Part shown: in pieces, positions 29,410-39,896 of the stretch
Position numbering within the stretch: the stretch's first letter is position 1
How the letters are laid out: each line of letters starts with the position of its first letter
NCBI GenBank assembly: GCA_965116925.1
Contig: OZ220744.1
Location: 992,001-1,056,000 of the forward strand
DNA length: 64,000 bases
Reading direction: 5' to 3'
From: Candidatus Poribacteria bacterium
Lineage (GTDB): Bacteria; Poribacteria; WGA-4E; PCPOR2b
Notes under the pieces: generated by a model
Databases searched by the model: none
The model's input: only the letters and a program-made list of their open reading frames with translations
What the model was told of the DNA's origin: nothing
Position numbers and translations under genes: made by a program

Positions 29410-29436
29410 TAGGGAACGCAGATCTGCGTTCCCTAC
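29410..29436. repeat. GTAG-type REP palindrome between convergent genes
   Basis: tagggaacgcagatctgcgttccctac. Confidence 0.75.
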
Positions 29437-29448
29437 AATCTGATTGAT

Positions 29449-30555
29449 TTACCACAGTCGTTGTGCAGCGAGCCGTTCTTCATCCAGTTCTACGCCTAAT
29501 CCAGGTCCGTCTGGAACGATGATATGTCCCTCCTCGTAACGCACCCGTTCCTTGACGACCTGTTCGTAGTAAACTAATGGTCCTGCGGGATAGCACGGAA
29601 AATCGAGATTAGGCATCGCCGCAGCAAAATGCGCCCGTGCTGCGGTGCCGATAGAGAGTTCCACGGTGCTGCCCATTAACGTCTTAATGCCGAAAAGTTC
29701 AGCCAATCCAAACACCTTTTGACAAGCAGTCATCCCCGAATAACCCACGCCGAGATTGAAAACATCTACTGCTTCGTGCCGTGCTAGCCGGACAGCTACG
29801 GGGGCTTCCGACGAATGCTCGCTGATCGGCACGTCTACCGCTTGCTTCACCGCGATAAAATCTTTGACCGGAGCATTCTGACGCCCTTTAATGGGGGATT
29901 CAACAAGATTTGGCTTGAAGGCTGCAAAGCGACCGATGACGTCAATCGCCGTTTCTACATCAAACCGTCCGCTCGCATCTAGGGCGTTAATCTCGACCCC
30001 GTTCCCCCAACGCCGCCGGAGTTCCGAAAGAAACCGTTCGTCTAGCGTCAGATCGGCACCGAAATAGTAGCGGATTGTTGGATGGCCTTGGTCTTGCAAT
30101 TTTTCGATGCGCTGCAGGTTCGATTCGACATCCGCTTCGATCTGGCACGGAGCGAGAGGATAGGCGAAAGGAATTCGTTCCCGGTATCTGCCACCAAACA
30201 GTTGGCAGATTGGTACGTCCAATGCTTTACCAATGGCATCGTGTAGCGCGATGTCAATTCCAGCGAGTACCTGATGCTCCCATTCCTGTTGTTCCAGATC
30301 CACTTGGATTGCAGTCAGGTCAAGCGGGCTGCGTCCAACAAGTAACGGTTCTAACCGAGCTGTTAATCCGTTGACCGTCTCCGGGGTGAGATCAAAGTTG
30401 ACATCTGACATCTCTCCTAAGCCTGTAATATCGGCATCGGTTTGCAGACGAACGATAATGTGGTGGGAGATTGCTTTCTCCGAATCGGAAGGGCAGGTTT
30501 GCCCCATTTCGCGGGTTGAGTAGATTGGAATCAGTTCAATAGCTGTAATCTGCAT
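29449..30555 (-). CDS. Divergent enolase-superfamily (muconate cycloisomerase-like) protein
   Basis: GIDIALHDAIGK, LFGG, PDGPGLGVELDE; usual catalytic lysines not evident. Confidence 0.82.
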   Translation of the reverse strand: MQITAIELIPIYSTREMGQTCPSDSEKAISHHIIVRLQTDADITGLGEMSDVNFDLTPETVNGLTARLEPLLVGRSPLDLTAIQVDLEQQEWEHQVLAGIDIALHDAIGKALDVPICQLFGGRYRERIPFAYPLAPCQIEADVESNLQRIEKLQDQGHPTIRYYFGADLTLDERFLSELRRRWGNGVEINALDASGRFDVETAIDVIGRFAAFKPNLVESPIKGRQNAPVKDFIAVKQAVDVPISEHSSEAPVAVRLARHEAVDVFNLGVGYSGMTACQKVFGLAELFGIKTLMGSTVELSIGTAARAHFAAAMPNLDFPCYPAGPLVYYEQVVKERVRYEEGHIIVPDGPGLGVELDEERLAAQRLW

Positions 30556-30726
30556 GTTTGCTCCTAGTTACGTGATGCGTGAAACGTGATGCGTGAGTTG
30601 GTACATAATGGGTTTCCGAATTAACGAACCAGTGAACTACTGAACAAATGAACTCTTGAACTCAATATCCTCACCAATTCGCAGCAAAGATTTTATACTC
30701 TTGGGTACTCACAGAGGAAATAATTG

Positions 30727-32121
30727 ATGAAAACGAAATTGATACACTGTGTTTGTCCAGCATTTGTCTTGATGTTAGCTATGGTTAGTTTTTACAGCGT
30801 GCAAGGGGCTGAGACAGAAGCTCAGCCACCAGATCTCCGCACCCGCAAATCCGGCAGCGATTGGGGCGGCTTCTTGGGTCCGACAGGAGATGGCAAATCC
30901 TCTGAAACATCGCTCCTTACCTCGTGGTCCCCGACAGGACCGCCCGTCGTTTGGGAAAAGGAAATCGGAACCAGCTACGGTGCGCCAACCGTTTCTCAAG
31001 GACGGTTGTTTATGTTCGATCGCCACGATGGATCGGCTCGCCTAACCTGCATGAAAAGCGAAACCGGCGAAGAACTGTGGCGATTTGAGTATCCGACAGA
31101 CTATGAGGACCTATATGGCTACAATAATGGTCCCCGAACCTGTCCGGTCGTTGATGGGAGCCGTGTCTATATTTTCGGTCCCGAGGGTATGTTGCACTGT
31201 GTGACTGTTTCAGACGGAAAACCGTTGTGGAGTATAGATACCGCCGCGAAATTTCATGTCGTCCAAAACTTTTTCGGTGTCGGATCCGCCCCGGTGATCG
31301 AGGGTGAATTGTTAATTGTTCAGATTGGAGGCTCACCGCCGGGGCACCCCAAGAATCTACTCGCCGCCCGCAACCCCGTTCAAGGAAACGGCAGCGGCAT
31401 CGTTGCTTTTAACAAGTGGACCGGCGAAGTTGTGTATCAAATCACCGATGAACTGGCAAGCTATACAACCCCAACGCTTGCGACAATCAATGACCGCCGA
31501 TGGTGTTTCGCCTTTGCTCGCGGCGGTTTAGTCGGTTTTGAACCCCGCACTGGAACGGTGGACTTCCACTATCCATGGCGTTCCAAAAAGTTTGAATCCG
31601 TCAACGCTTCCAATCCCGTCGTGGCAGGAGATCTGGTATTTATCAGCGAGACGTACGGTCTAGGCAGCTCGCTGCTGAAAGTCCGTCCGGGCGGATACAA
31701 GGTGGTATGGAAAGATTCCGAACGGCGTCGCAACAAAGCGATGCAGCTGCATTGGAACACGGCTATCCATCACGAAGGTTATCTCTACGGCTATAGTGGA
31801 CGGCATTCCGGAGGATGCGAACTACGTTGTGTTGAGTTGCGAACGGGAAAGGTGATCTGGTCACATCGTGTTAATGAACGCGGATCACTGCTCTACGCTG
31901 ACGGACACTTCATAAGTTTGGGTGAATACGGCACATTGTCCCTGATTCGTCCCACCCCTGAGAAATTGGACCTTGTCTCGAAGGTTTTGCTAATCAACGA
32001 ACATGGTGAAGAACGGATCAGATATCCGGCTTGGGCGGCACCTGTTCTCTCAAATGGATTTCTCTACCTCCGTGGAAAAGATCGACTAATCTGCTTCGAT
32101 CTGATGCCTCAAGACGAGTAA
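30727..32121 (+). CDS. Secreted PQQ-binding-like beta-propeller protein
   Basis: Signal peptide, DWGGFLGP, GPRTCP, repeated W motifs, WAAPVLSNG.LYLR. Confidence 0.85.
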   Translation: MKTKLIHCVCPAFVLMLAMVSFYSVQGAETEAQPPDLRTRKSGSDWGGFLGPTGDGKSSETSLLTSWSPTGPPVVWEKEIGTSYGAPTVSQGRLFMFDRHDGSARLTCMKSETGEELWRFEYPTDYEDLYGYNNGPRTCPVVDGSRVYIFGPEGMLHCVTVSDGKPLWSIDTAAKFHVVQNFFGVGSAPVIEGELLIVQIGGSPPGHPKNLLAARNPVQGNGSGIVAFNKWTGEVVYQITDELASYTTPTLATINDRRWCFAFARGGLVGFEPRTGTVDFHYPWRSKKFESVNASNPVVAGDLVFISETYGLGSSLLKVRPGGYKVVWKDSERRRNKAMQLHWNTAIHHEGYLYGYSGRHSGGCELRCVELRTGKVIWSHRVNERGSLLYADGHFISLGEYGTLSLIRPTPEKLDLVSKVLLINEHGEERIRYPAWAAPVLSNGFLYLRGKDRLICFDLMPQDE

Positions 32122-32144
32122 TGAGTAGCTGAAGCAGTATATCA

Positions 32145-33719
32145 TTAATCAATTCGCTCACCCGCTTTCCCATTCACCAACAAACGGATAGAACGTCCAA
32201 ACGTATGGACGAACAACTCCCCTTTCTCTTGAAGATGCCATCTTTCCAACAGACAGTCGTCAAACGATCGTACATCAATTTCAATCGCGTCATCAAAAAT
32301 CCTCACTTTCAGATCTTCAACAATTGATTTGTGCTGATGGTCTAAGGCATCAGCAATCCGCAGAATGGCAGCCAGCCGGGTTACCTGTTCCTTTTCAGTA
32401 TACGAAAGTCGCTGAAAGTGAAAATGGGAGGATTTGTTTGGGTCAGGAAATGCTTTGCGATGATAGCGGGCGATGTTGGCAACTAGTTCGAGCTGCTTTT
32501 CATTGAGTCCAACGATCTCCGAATTCCGTATCAGGTAGTAGGAATGCTTGTGATGCGACAACGGGTTGACATACCCACCAATTTCATGGAGTGCTGTCGC
32601 TACACTCAGGAGCAGCCGCGACTCTGAAGACAGATGATGTATCGGTTGTAGTTGATCAAACAACAGCTCTGCCAAGTAGCGAACCTGTTTGGCGTGTCCC
32701 ATGTGGAAGTGATACTTGTTGCCAAGTGCCATCGCTGCTTTTATAATCTCTGCTTCTTCTGATGTCACGTCCCATGAGTTTCGGTGGCGATCCGCCATCT
32801 CGGCAAGTAACCCGTCCTTGAGTCCAACATTTGCGGCATAAATCCCCCTTGCCCCAATCACATTGCTCACCACCTCCGTGAGAACGAGACCTGCGGGCAA
32901 AATAACGTCCGCACGGTCCGGTGCCATGTCGTATCGCTCCATCCGTTCCTGCACACTGAGTCTCGAAATCTCTCTGACAAAACGTTGGAAATCTCGCAGT
33001 GGAATAAAACGAACATCTCTGGGAAACTCGTTGTTATCTGGATCTAGAACACCAAGCTGCTGCCCAAACTCTTCGACATTTCCGCCGGTGCCAAGCACTA
33101 TATCAATTTCGTATTGGTTGATGGCATCTAGCGTCGTTTCGAGCAGCTGTTCCATGTATGCCCTGAGCAACAGGATCTGTAGATCTGAGATAGTATCCGT
33201 CCGGAGGAAGGTCTCTTGTAGTCGCACAGTTCCTAAGCGAAGACTGTTAGAGTAAATGATTGAGCCGTGATCAATGACATCAAATTCAACACTTCCTCCA
33301 CCGATGTCGATAACTAAGGCAACCCTATTCTGGATATCGACTTTACGGGTCACGGCAAGTTGGACGAGACGTGCTTCTTCGCCACCTGAGATGCGTTCCA
33401 ATTGCACACCGGAGCTATTATAGATGCGATTTACAAGGTTATCGCCGTTGACGGCTTCGCGGGTTGCACTGGTTGCAATGGCGCGTGTGGTGTGGACCTT
33501 CATCTCCTCAATGACTTGGCGAAACTCATCAAACGCCTTGATTGCCCGTTCAATTGCTTCATCGTTTAAAAACCCAGTCAAGAAAACTTCGTGCCCCAAA
33601 CGGACGGGTGCCCGATGCTGATATATCTCCTCAATAGTTCCATCAGCTTTTACCTCAACAATTTTTAGCCGAATCGCGTTCGATCCGGCATCGATTGCGG
33701 CCAGTGTAGCACTTTCCAT
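32145..33719 (-). CDS. ppx: Ppx/GppA phosphatase
   Basis: AAIDAGSNAIRL, ATSATRE, DIGGGS, C-terminal HD-like region (HHKHSYYLI). Confidence 0.92.
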   Translation of the reverse strand: MESATLAAIDAGSNAIRLKIVEVKADGTIEEIYQHRAPVRLGHEVFLTGFLNDEAIERAIKAFDEFRQVIEEMKVHTTRAIATSATREAVNGDNLVNRIYNSSGVQLERISGGEEARLVQLAVTRKVDIQNRVALVIDIGGGSVEFDVIDHGSIIYSNSLRLGTVRLQETFLRTDTISDLQILLLRAYMEQLLETTLDAINQYEIDIVLGTGGNVEEFGQQLGVLDPDNNEFPRDVRFIPLRDFQRFVREISRLSVQERMERYDMAPDRADVILPAGLVLTEVVSNVIGARGIYAANVGLKDGLLAEMADRHRNSWDVTSEEAEIIKAAMALGNKYHFHMGHAKQVRYLAELLFDQLQPIHHLSSESRLLLSVATALHEIGGYVNPLSHHKHSYYLIRNSEIVGLNEKQLELVANIARYHRKAFPDPNKSSHFHFQRLSYTEKEQVTRLAAILRIADALDHQHKSIVEDLKVRIFDDAIEIDVRSFDDCLLERWHLQEKGELFVHTFGRSIRLLVNGKAGERID

Positions 33720-33930
33720 ATCTTCTCCTTATGTCTGTATATGGCAAAATAGTAGGTTATTCCATAGCTGATTGTCAAGGTAAGAATTGCTTGGGTTTTC
33801 CCTCCAAGCTGTGCTAAAATAGCCAGAATTGTAGTAGTAGGCATATTGCTTTGAATTCCAAATATGATACCTAAAGCATGATACATAAGGAAAAAATTAC
33901 GCATTACGTATTATTTTTTTAGGCACAAAC

Positions 33931-36255
33931 ATGACCTTCAAATTTCTTTCTTATTGGTGTTGGTTCGTTGCGTTGACGTTCTTAGCGTTAATTCTCGCAA
34001 ATACCCCCCTGCTTAATCTGCTCGCGTTTGAATTTTGTGCGGTCCTGGCTTTCGGAATTTCATTTGCAGGGACGCATACTGCTATAACGGGTGTTGCCAA
34101 CCTTAGACAGCGCACACAATCGTTGAGAGGCACCGCTGCTCAAATGGTTATGTCGACTTTCTGGCGGGCGTTTGGGATCAACCTGACATTACTGGTCACG
34201 CCGTTAATCATCATTTTACTGAATGCCTTCCGCGTTAAAAATTGCGATTTTTTGGAAGGGTTCGCCTTCTTTCTCCTTCTGCCCGTCGTCAGTTGTGCGT
34301 ATGCCACTGCTTTGGGTATATTCTTCGGGTTATGGTTAAAACGACGTTGGCTGGCGTATCTCGCTTATCTTGCTTACATCTTTGTTACGCTCCTTGCCCT
34401 TGCCTACAACCTCATCTTTCACCCGCCTATCTTCGGTTACCACTCAACCTTCGGCTACTTCCCGGGCCCCATCTACGACGAGCGTATCGTAATATCCGGG
34501 ACCCTACTAATCGCGCGGGGTACAACGCTGCTGTTGGCATGGATTTTCCTATCGCTTGCGATTAACACATTGGAAATTGGCAGGCATACCCGATTGGAGC
34601 CAACCCTCTATTGGCGAAAACTGTACCGATTCAAGCCGCAGTTTGAAGACCTAAACCACCGAATTCGCCTCATCGTGCTGATAATCCTGTTTGGGCTAAT
34701 CTACCTGTTTCGCGGAGAGTTGGGATTGCGTCCTACGCGAGGATACATCGAAAACAAATTAGGCGGACTGGAAGAGACGGCGCATTTCAAAATTTACTAC
34801 GAGAAGGGATCGAGGGTTGAAAAGGAGATCGAGTGGATTGCACAAGATCACGAGTTTCGCTATGCACAGTTGATCCGTTACTTTCAGATACACCCCACCA
34901 AGAAGGTTCAGTCCTATATCTACACTTCACCTGAACAGAAGAAGCGACTCATGGGAGCGCGAGGCACATCGGTTGAAGATCCACTTGGGTATGGTTTTCA
35001 TATCAACTACGAGGATTTCCCCCATCCGGTCATGAAGCATGAGTTAGCGCACGTTTTGACAGCGGACTGGCATCCGGTTTTGAAGGTGAGCATCAAAATT
35101 GGACTGCATGAAGGCATCGCTGTTGCCGCGGATTGGGATGAAGGGAAGTTGACAGCACATCAGTGGAGTCAGGCGATGCATCGGTTAGACATCGCCCCGA
35201 AAATGAGCCAGATTATGGGTATCGGTTTTTGGACGCAAGCCTCTTCGCAGAGTTATACGTTGGCGGGTTCTTTTGTCCGATTTCTCGTTGAAAAATATGG
35301 GGTCGAAAAAGCCAAACGAGTTTTTCCAACGGGGAATTTTGAGGAGGTCTACAATAAATCGTTAGCCAAACTCGAACAGGAGTGGATGGACTTTCTGAAA
35401 ACGGTTCCGCTGACGGAGGCGGATCTGGCTATCGCAGAACATCGCTTCAACCGTTCAAGTGTCTTCCAGAAACCGTGCGCCCATGAAATCGCTCAGCTCT
35501 CTTCCGAGGCGTGGCGAGCGTATTACCGAACGGATATGAGCACAGCGATTCGCCTGTTCGAGCAGATCTACCGATTTGATCCAGAGAATCCGCGCCATTT
35601 ACGCGGACTCATGTATGCACACTATCAAGCCGAAGATTACCCTTCAACCTTGGAGTGGACATCGAGAATCATTGCACATCCCGGGGCGAGTATGAGCCGG
35701 GTTGCAGAGGCGAAAAATGTGGAAGGGAACGTCTATTGGCAGCGAGGGGAACGTGAGGATGCCCTTGCACAATATCAAGAGGTTTTTGCACTGCACACTT
35801 CTGATGCTCTTAATCGAGAGGCACAAGCCAAGCTCGCAACACTTGTCCTCGACTCGCCTGATGTGGAGGATAAAATCAGGCAGGTACTTGTCGGGCAACC
35901 ATCAAACCGACTCAAGATGACACTGCTCCACGAGGTGATCGATGCGCTGCCGGAGTGGGGATTGGGTCACTATTTGATAGGGCGACAACTCTATTTTGAT
36001 CAGGAGTATGCTGCATCAAACCAATATCTGTTGACGGCTGCTGATTTGGGGCTACCACACCAGAAATTAGCCGTTGAAAACATAAGGCTTATCGGCGTGA
36101 ACTCGTATCGGCTTGGACAATATGATGACGCTATAGAGCAGTTTAGCCGGATTGCTACCGACAACACACAACCCCTTGGAGTCATTCACCGTGCGGAAGA
36201 TTGGATTGAACGGTGCGAATGGGCAACAGAGCAACTGAGCCAATCAGCGAATTAA
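33931..36255 (+). CDS. Membrane protein with HExxH peptidase-like domain and TPRs
   Basis: About six N-terminal TMs, KHELAH...LHEGIA, C-terminal TPRs. Confidence 0.75.
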   Translation: MTFKFLSYWCWFVALTFLALILANTPLLNLLAFEFCAVLAFGISFAGTHTAITGVANLRQRTQSLRGTAAQMVMSTFWRAFGINLTLLVTPLIIILLNAFRVKNCDFLEGFAFFLLLPVVSCAYATALGIFFGLWLKRRWLAYLAYLAYIFVTLLALAYNLIFHPPIFGYHSTFGYFPGPIYDERIVISGTLLIARGTTLLLAWIFLSLAINTLEIGRHTRLEPTLYWRKLYRFKPQFEDLNHRIRLIVLIILFGLIYLFRGELGLRPTRGYIENKLGGLEETAHFKIYYEKGSRVEKEIEWIAQDHEFRYAQLIRYFQIHPTKKVQSYIYTSPEQKKRLMGARGTSVEDPLGYGFHINYEDFPHPVMKHELAHVLTADWHPVLKVSIKIGLHEGIAVAADWDEGKLTAHQWSQAMHRLDIAPKMSQIMGIGFWTQASSQSYTLAGSFVRFLVEKYGVEKAKRVFPTGNFEEVYNKSLAKLEQEWMDFLKTVPLTEADLAIAEHRFNRSSVFQKPCAHEIAQLSSEAWRAYYRTDMSTAIRLFEQIYRFDPENPRHLRGLMYAHYQAEDYPSTLEWTSRIIAHPGASMSRVAEAKNVEGNVYWQRGEREDALAQYQEVFALHTSDALNREAQAKLATLVLDSPDVEDKIRQVLVGQPSNRLKMTLLHEVIDALPEWGLGHYLIGRQLYFDQEYAASNQYLLTAADLGLPHQKLAVENIRLIGVNSYRLGQYDDAIEQFSRIATDNTQPLGVIHRAEDWIERCEWATEQLSQSAN

Positions 36256-36374
36256 CTAGTACACTGTCAGGCAAATTATGATTGTCTATATGGATTGAGA
36301 CTCATAATACTTCGTAGGGGTCGGGTCACCCGACCCCCTTGTTGATATGCAAAACTTATATGACTGAGTACTAG
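36256..36374. mobile_element. MITE-like element C with CTAG ends and GTAG REP cargo
   Basis: ctagtacactgtca ... tgactgagtactag (12/14 inverted) around gtaggggtcgggtcacccgacccc. Confidence 0.6.
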
Positions 36375-36408
36375 GTTCTGTTAATTTTCACGTTTCACGG
36401 TTTTATGT

Positions 36409-37629
36409 CTACCAGCTATCAATGAAATCCTCCACATCGAAATCGGCGGGCATGTCAGTTAGCAATAACCGGTCTGGTCGAAACTCTAGGTTAGGAACAG
36501 ACCGGTCTATCTCCTCCTGCATTTTATCATAAAGCGTCCGAAACCGATTCCAAAGTAGGTCAGCCTCTTCTGCCGAGAAGCGGCGCGAAAAGCCCTCGAA
36601 CAGATAGAAATTGAGCCGGTGTTCTGAAATTGCATCTACACGTGCCTCAAACGGCAGGTTAGCAACATCCGGCTGTTTCAATGTGCGGGTCTTTTCCACC
36701 AACTTGGATAGATAGACCACACATACCATCCGCCACGCTTCGCCGGGATGGAGCATTGCAAGTCCATTGCGGAATGCCGCCGCATTTTTAGTGAGGATGG
36801 CGCGAAACGTAGATTCAATCACATCGCACTGCTGTTCGTGCAGGTGGTAGAAATGCTCAAACTGTTCTCGCGTCTCTTGGGGCATACGCTTCGTGAAATC
36901 TGGATGCCAATAGAAGTGGTTGACCAAAGGATAAATAGGACCGCCGAAAGAGCGGTAACCGAGATGCACCGTCCGCCGTAATTTCGCGCTGTAGTTACTC
37001 CCCCAATGCAACATCATGTGGATATAAACGATACCGTCACCGGCGTTAAGTTCCACCGGCATCCCGCCCGGTATTGGCTCCCGCCCCTTCGTGGCCAGGT
37101 GTTGATTTTCCACTTCTGTGTTGGGGCGTTTGTGACTTTTCGGCACGACCCAAAATACGCTGTCATCATAGAGAGGGATGTTCCATTGAACGTAAGCCGG
37201 TGCATTGTCAATCACATCCATCTGCATACCTCGTAGCGGTGCCTGCCCAACGGGATCGATGTCGCGATGCCAGCTAGCCGGACCGTGATCTCGCACCGGG
37301 CTGCACATAAGTGCCATCAGCGTTGGGGAAGCCTCCGGTGCCTGCATCAGTTGACGGCTAACGCCCAAAGTATTTTCGTGCAAGCAAAGCTCCACCGCTT
37401 TAGCGGTTGTCTCATCAGCGACACCATCAAAGAATACACGCGGTTGCGCCGCGGTTTCCCAATAGCCTCCCGGTGGATCGTCAGGTTGGCGTTCCTCCGC
37501 CCAGATGACCTTCTGTCGTTCAACTAGCGTCTCGAAACAGTCGCGCAGTTCTTCTAGCTGCCCCGGCGGAATGACCTCGCGCAGGATGATATAGCCATCG
37601 TCAAGCAGCTGTTGTGGATTGACTTGCAT
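36409..37629 (-). CDS. Phytanoyl-CoA dioxygenase (PhyH) family protein
   Basis: DDGYIIL, WHRD, VVPKSH, LNAGD, LHWG, R. Confidence 0.85.
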   Translation of the reverse strand: MQVNPQQLLDDGYIILREVIPPGQLEELRDCFETLVERQKVIWAEERQPDDPPGGYWETAAQPRVFFDGVADETTAKAVELCLHENTLGVSRQLMQAPEASPTLMALMCSPVRDHGPASWHRDIDPVGQAPLRGMQMDVIDNAPAYVQWNIPLYDDSVFWVVPKSHKRPNTEVENQHLATKGREPIPGGMPVELNAGDGIVYIHMMLHWGSNYSAKLRRTVHLGYRSFGGPIYPLVNHFYWHPDFTKRMPQETREQFEHFYHLHEQQCDVIESTFRAILTKNAAAFRNGLAMLHPGEAWRMVCVVYLSKLVEKTRTLKQPDVANLPFEARVDAISEHRLNFYLFEGFSRRFSAEEADLLWNRFRTLYDKMQEEIDRSVPNLEFRPDRLLLTDMPADFDVEDFIDSW

Positions 37630-37667
37630 AGTTCGTTTTCCTTTCGTTTCAGAGGTGACGAATTTAA

Positions 37668-38075
37668 CTACACCTTCGACTCTAGAATCTGCATCACCTC
37701 AAAGACAAGACCGTTAGGCGATCTGTAAAAGGAGATTCGGCGTGACCCAAAATCGGTGCTAATCTCCACCGGTTCTATGAGCACTTCTGTGCCTAACGCT
37801 ATAAGCTGTTGGTATGCCTCGTCCAAGTTATCAACCTCAAACACTGCATGGGTCAGTCCCGGCATAAGCGGATGGTTAAGTGCCTCCTGAAAGACCGGTT
37901 TCGGTGTCAGAAAGAGACGGGTCCCACCGAACTCTAGCAACGCATGGGGATGGTCCCCATCCTCTCTAATGCGTGAACCACGACTGAGCAGTTTGGCACC
38001 CAATTCCTCAAAAAAACTGATTTCCGTCTCCAGATCTTCAACCTTGATGCCGATATTCCAAAGGCTTGCCTCCAT
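37668..38075 (-). CDS. VOC (glyoxalase) family protein
   Basis: IGIKVEDLE, HAVFEVDNL, FYRSPNGLVFEV. Confidence 0.85.
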   Translation of the reverse strand: MEASLWNIGIKVEDLETEISFFEELGAKLLSRGSRIREDGDHPHALLEFGGTRLFLTPKPVFQEALNHPLMPGLTHAVFEVDNLDEAYQQLIALGTEVLIEPVEISTDFGSRRISFYRSPNGLVFEVMQILESKV

Positions 38076-38087
38076 TGTTGGTTCTCC

Positions 38088-39170
38088 TTATCGATATACA
38101 GACGACCGGGTGATATACGCCTTGGTGATGTCAATGATGAGTGCAATGTCGTCACGTGCATCTACGATTGAAGAACGTGAGGGAGTGCCTTGCGTGATAC
38201 ACTGGCGGAAGTGCCGCAGCTCACGGGTGAACCCACTTTCCCACGGAATTGCTGGCTCCTTGTAAAAGCTGTTCCCATCTGTATCGATCCCCTGCACCAC
38301 TAACTTTGTAAGCACTCGACGCGAAAAGCCGGTTGGGTAGGAAAGGATAACTCGCTTTTCTTCGCTGTATATCTCAAGGGTCTGCTTGAAATCCCATAAC
38401 TTGTTGAGATCGACTCGACTGACGACGCAACGCGCTCCGTTGGGATATTCCAAGATAGTCGTTATTGCTCGGCGATCATTCCAGATCTCTGTGCTGATGA
38501 CGGCGCTCGGTACACCTAGCATAGTTCGTAGGCTGTAAAGGTCGTGAATGAGACCGTAGGCGATGCCGCAAGATTCAGCCTTCTCAAAGAGATCTCCGAA
38601 CGCTTCACGCCGGGCGGCTCTAGATGCTTCCTGCCGTTCCATCATGACAGCGGGTGGCAGATCATTGAACCGCTTGACCTTAAAATGGCTTAGGTGGAGC
38701 TCATTGCTCGGATGCAGATGATTTGTCTGCACAAATTTGATATCGTCCATGGTATCGACTTCGTGTTTCGCCATTTCAAAGGCGGGTTCGTATACCTTCA
38801 TGTATCCTGCTTGCCCCACCTTTCCCGATTTTCGCATTGCATCAATCATGGCATCGGCTTCCTGCAAAGAGGTGCAGATCGGTTTTTCAATGAAGACATG
38901 CTTTCCCGCTTCAAAGGCTTCCACGGCTGCCTCAGTCTTGGGATCCGTGTGGCAGAGCAGAACCGCGTCGATATCCGCCGCTAGCATATCCCGAATATCT
39001 GTCGCATATTTAGAAATTTTGAACCGTCGGGCTACATATTCTGCCTGTCCCGGTGATACGTCGCAGACGATGGGCACTTCAAATTCGTCGTCAAGTTCAA
39101 GCAAGTTGGGAAGGTGCTGAACTTGAGCAATTGCACCGCATCCAACAACGCCAATTCGTACTGTTGACAT
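38088..39170 (-). CDS. Gfo/Idh/MocA family oxidoreductase
   Basis: IGVVGCGAIA, HVFIEKP, IHD. Confidence 0.9.
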   Translation of the reverse strand: MSTVRIGVVGCGAIAQVQHLPNLLELDDEFEVPIVCDVSPGQAEYVARRFKISKYATDIRDMLAADIDAVLLCHTDPKTEAAVEAFEAGKHVFIEKPICTSLQEADAMIDAMRKSGKVGQAGYMKVYEPAFEMAKHEVDTMDDIKFVQTNHLHPSNELHLSHFKVKRFNDLPPAVMMERQEASRAARREAFGDLFEKAESCGIAYGLIHDLYSLRTMLGVPSAVISTEIWNDRRAITTILEYPNGARCVVSRVDLNKLWDFKQTLEIYSEEKRVILSYPTGFSRRVLTKLVVQGIDTDGNSFYKEPAIPWESGFTRELRHFRQCITQGTPSRSSIVDARDDIALIIDITKAYITRSSVYR

Positions 39171-39202
39171 ACTGTTTTCCTCCATTTTGCAGGCTACGGA
39201 TT

Positions 39203-39856
39203 TCAACGATAAGTGCGAAGTGTTCCCGCTCGTGGGGTGAGCGTGTTCCATTCTGCGGCCATTTCATTGACCTTTTTGAAAGTCTCTAACAGAGGTTCCC
39301 ACATGACATCTCGTATCTCGGCAGCAGCTTTCTCGTCTCCCGCTGCCAATGCCTGTTTGAGGGCGGCCGCCATCTGCTCTTGGATCTGGGCACTGTTCTG
39401 CGCCATGTCTGCCACTGATCGCGCTGTATTAACATGATGGTCAATAAGCGCGTCAATCGGCGTGGTGGAATCTGTCTCCGTGTCATAGTCGCTGGACGGT
39501 CTGAACTGGGGTGGGAGACGTTCTCCATTGTCAGAATACTGGGTGTGGGTCGGTTGAATATGAGGTGTCACCGAGAGATACATATACACCGGTTCATTCC
39601 CAAGAACGCGCACCGAATGAGGTTCGTCCGCGAGGGCATAGCACATTTGTCCCGGGCCTAGCTCTTTGGTTTCGCCGTTAATCCTGAATTCTACCCGTCC
39701 CGCCAGAATGATAAAGATCTCATGGCCCAAATCGTGGGTGTGATACTTATCAAGCGAGCCCGGCCCCGGCTCCATGCGACAAAAGCGAGCTCGTATCTGT
39801 GGGGTCACTAGGATATTGCGGATGTCTTTGCGACAGTCATAGACCGTGAAACCCAT
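39203..39856 (-). CDS. Cupin domain protein
   Basis: HTHDLGHE...GRVEF...PH; helical C-terminal extension. Confidence 0.85.
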   Translation of the reverse strand: MGFTVYDCRKDIRNILVTPQIRARFCRMEPGPGSLDKYHTHDLGHEIFIILAGRVEFRINGETKELGPGQMCYALADEPHSVRVLGNEPVYMYLSVTPHIQPTHTQYSDNGERLPPQFRPSSDYDTETDSTTPIDALIDHHVNTARSVADMAQNSAQIQEQMAAALKQALAAGDEKAAAEIRDVMWEPLLETFKKVNEMAAEWNTLTPRAGTLRTYR

Positions 39857-39896
39857 GGTTCTCTCCTCCTTGAAATAGTTAGTTGATCAAAAATTT

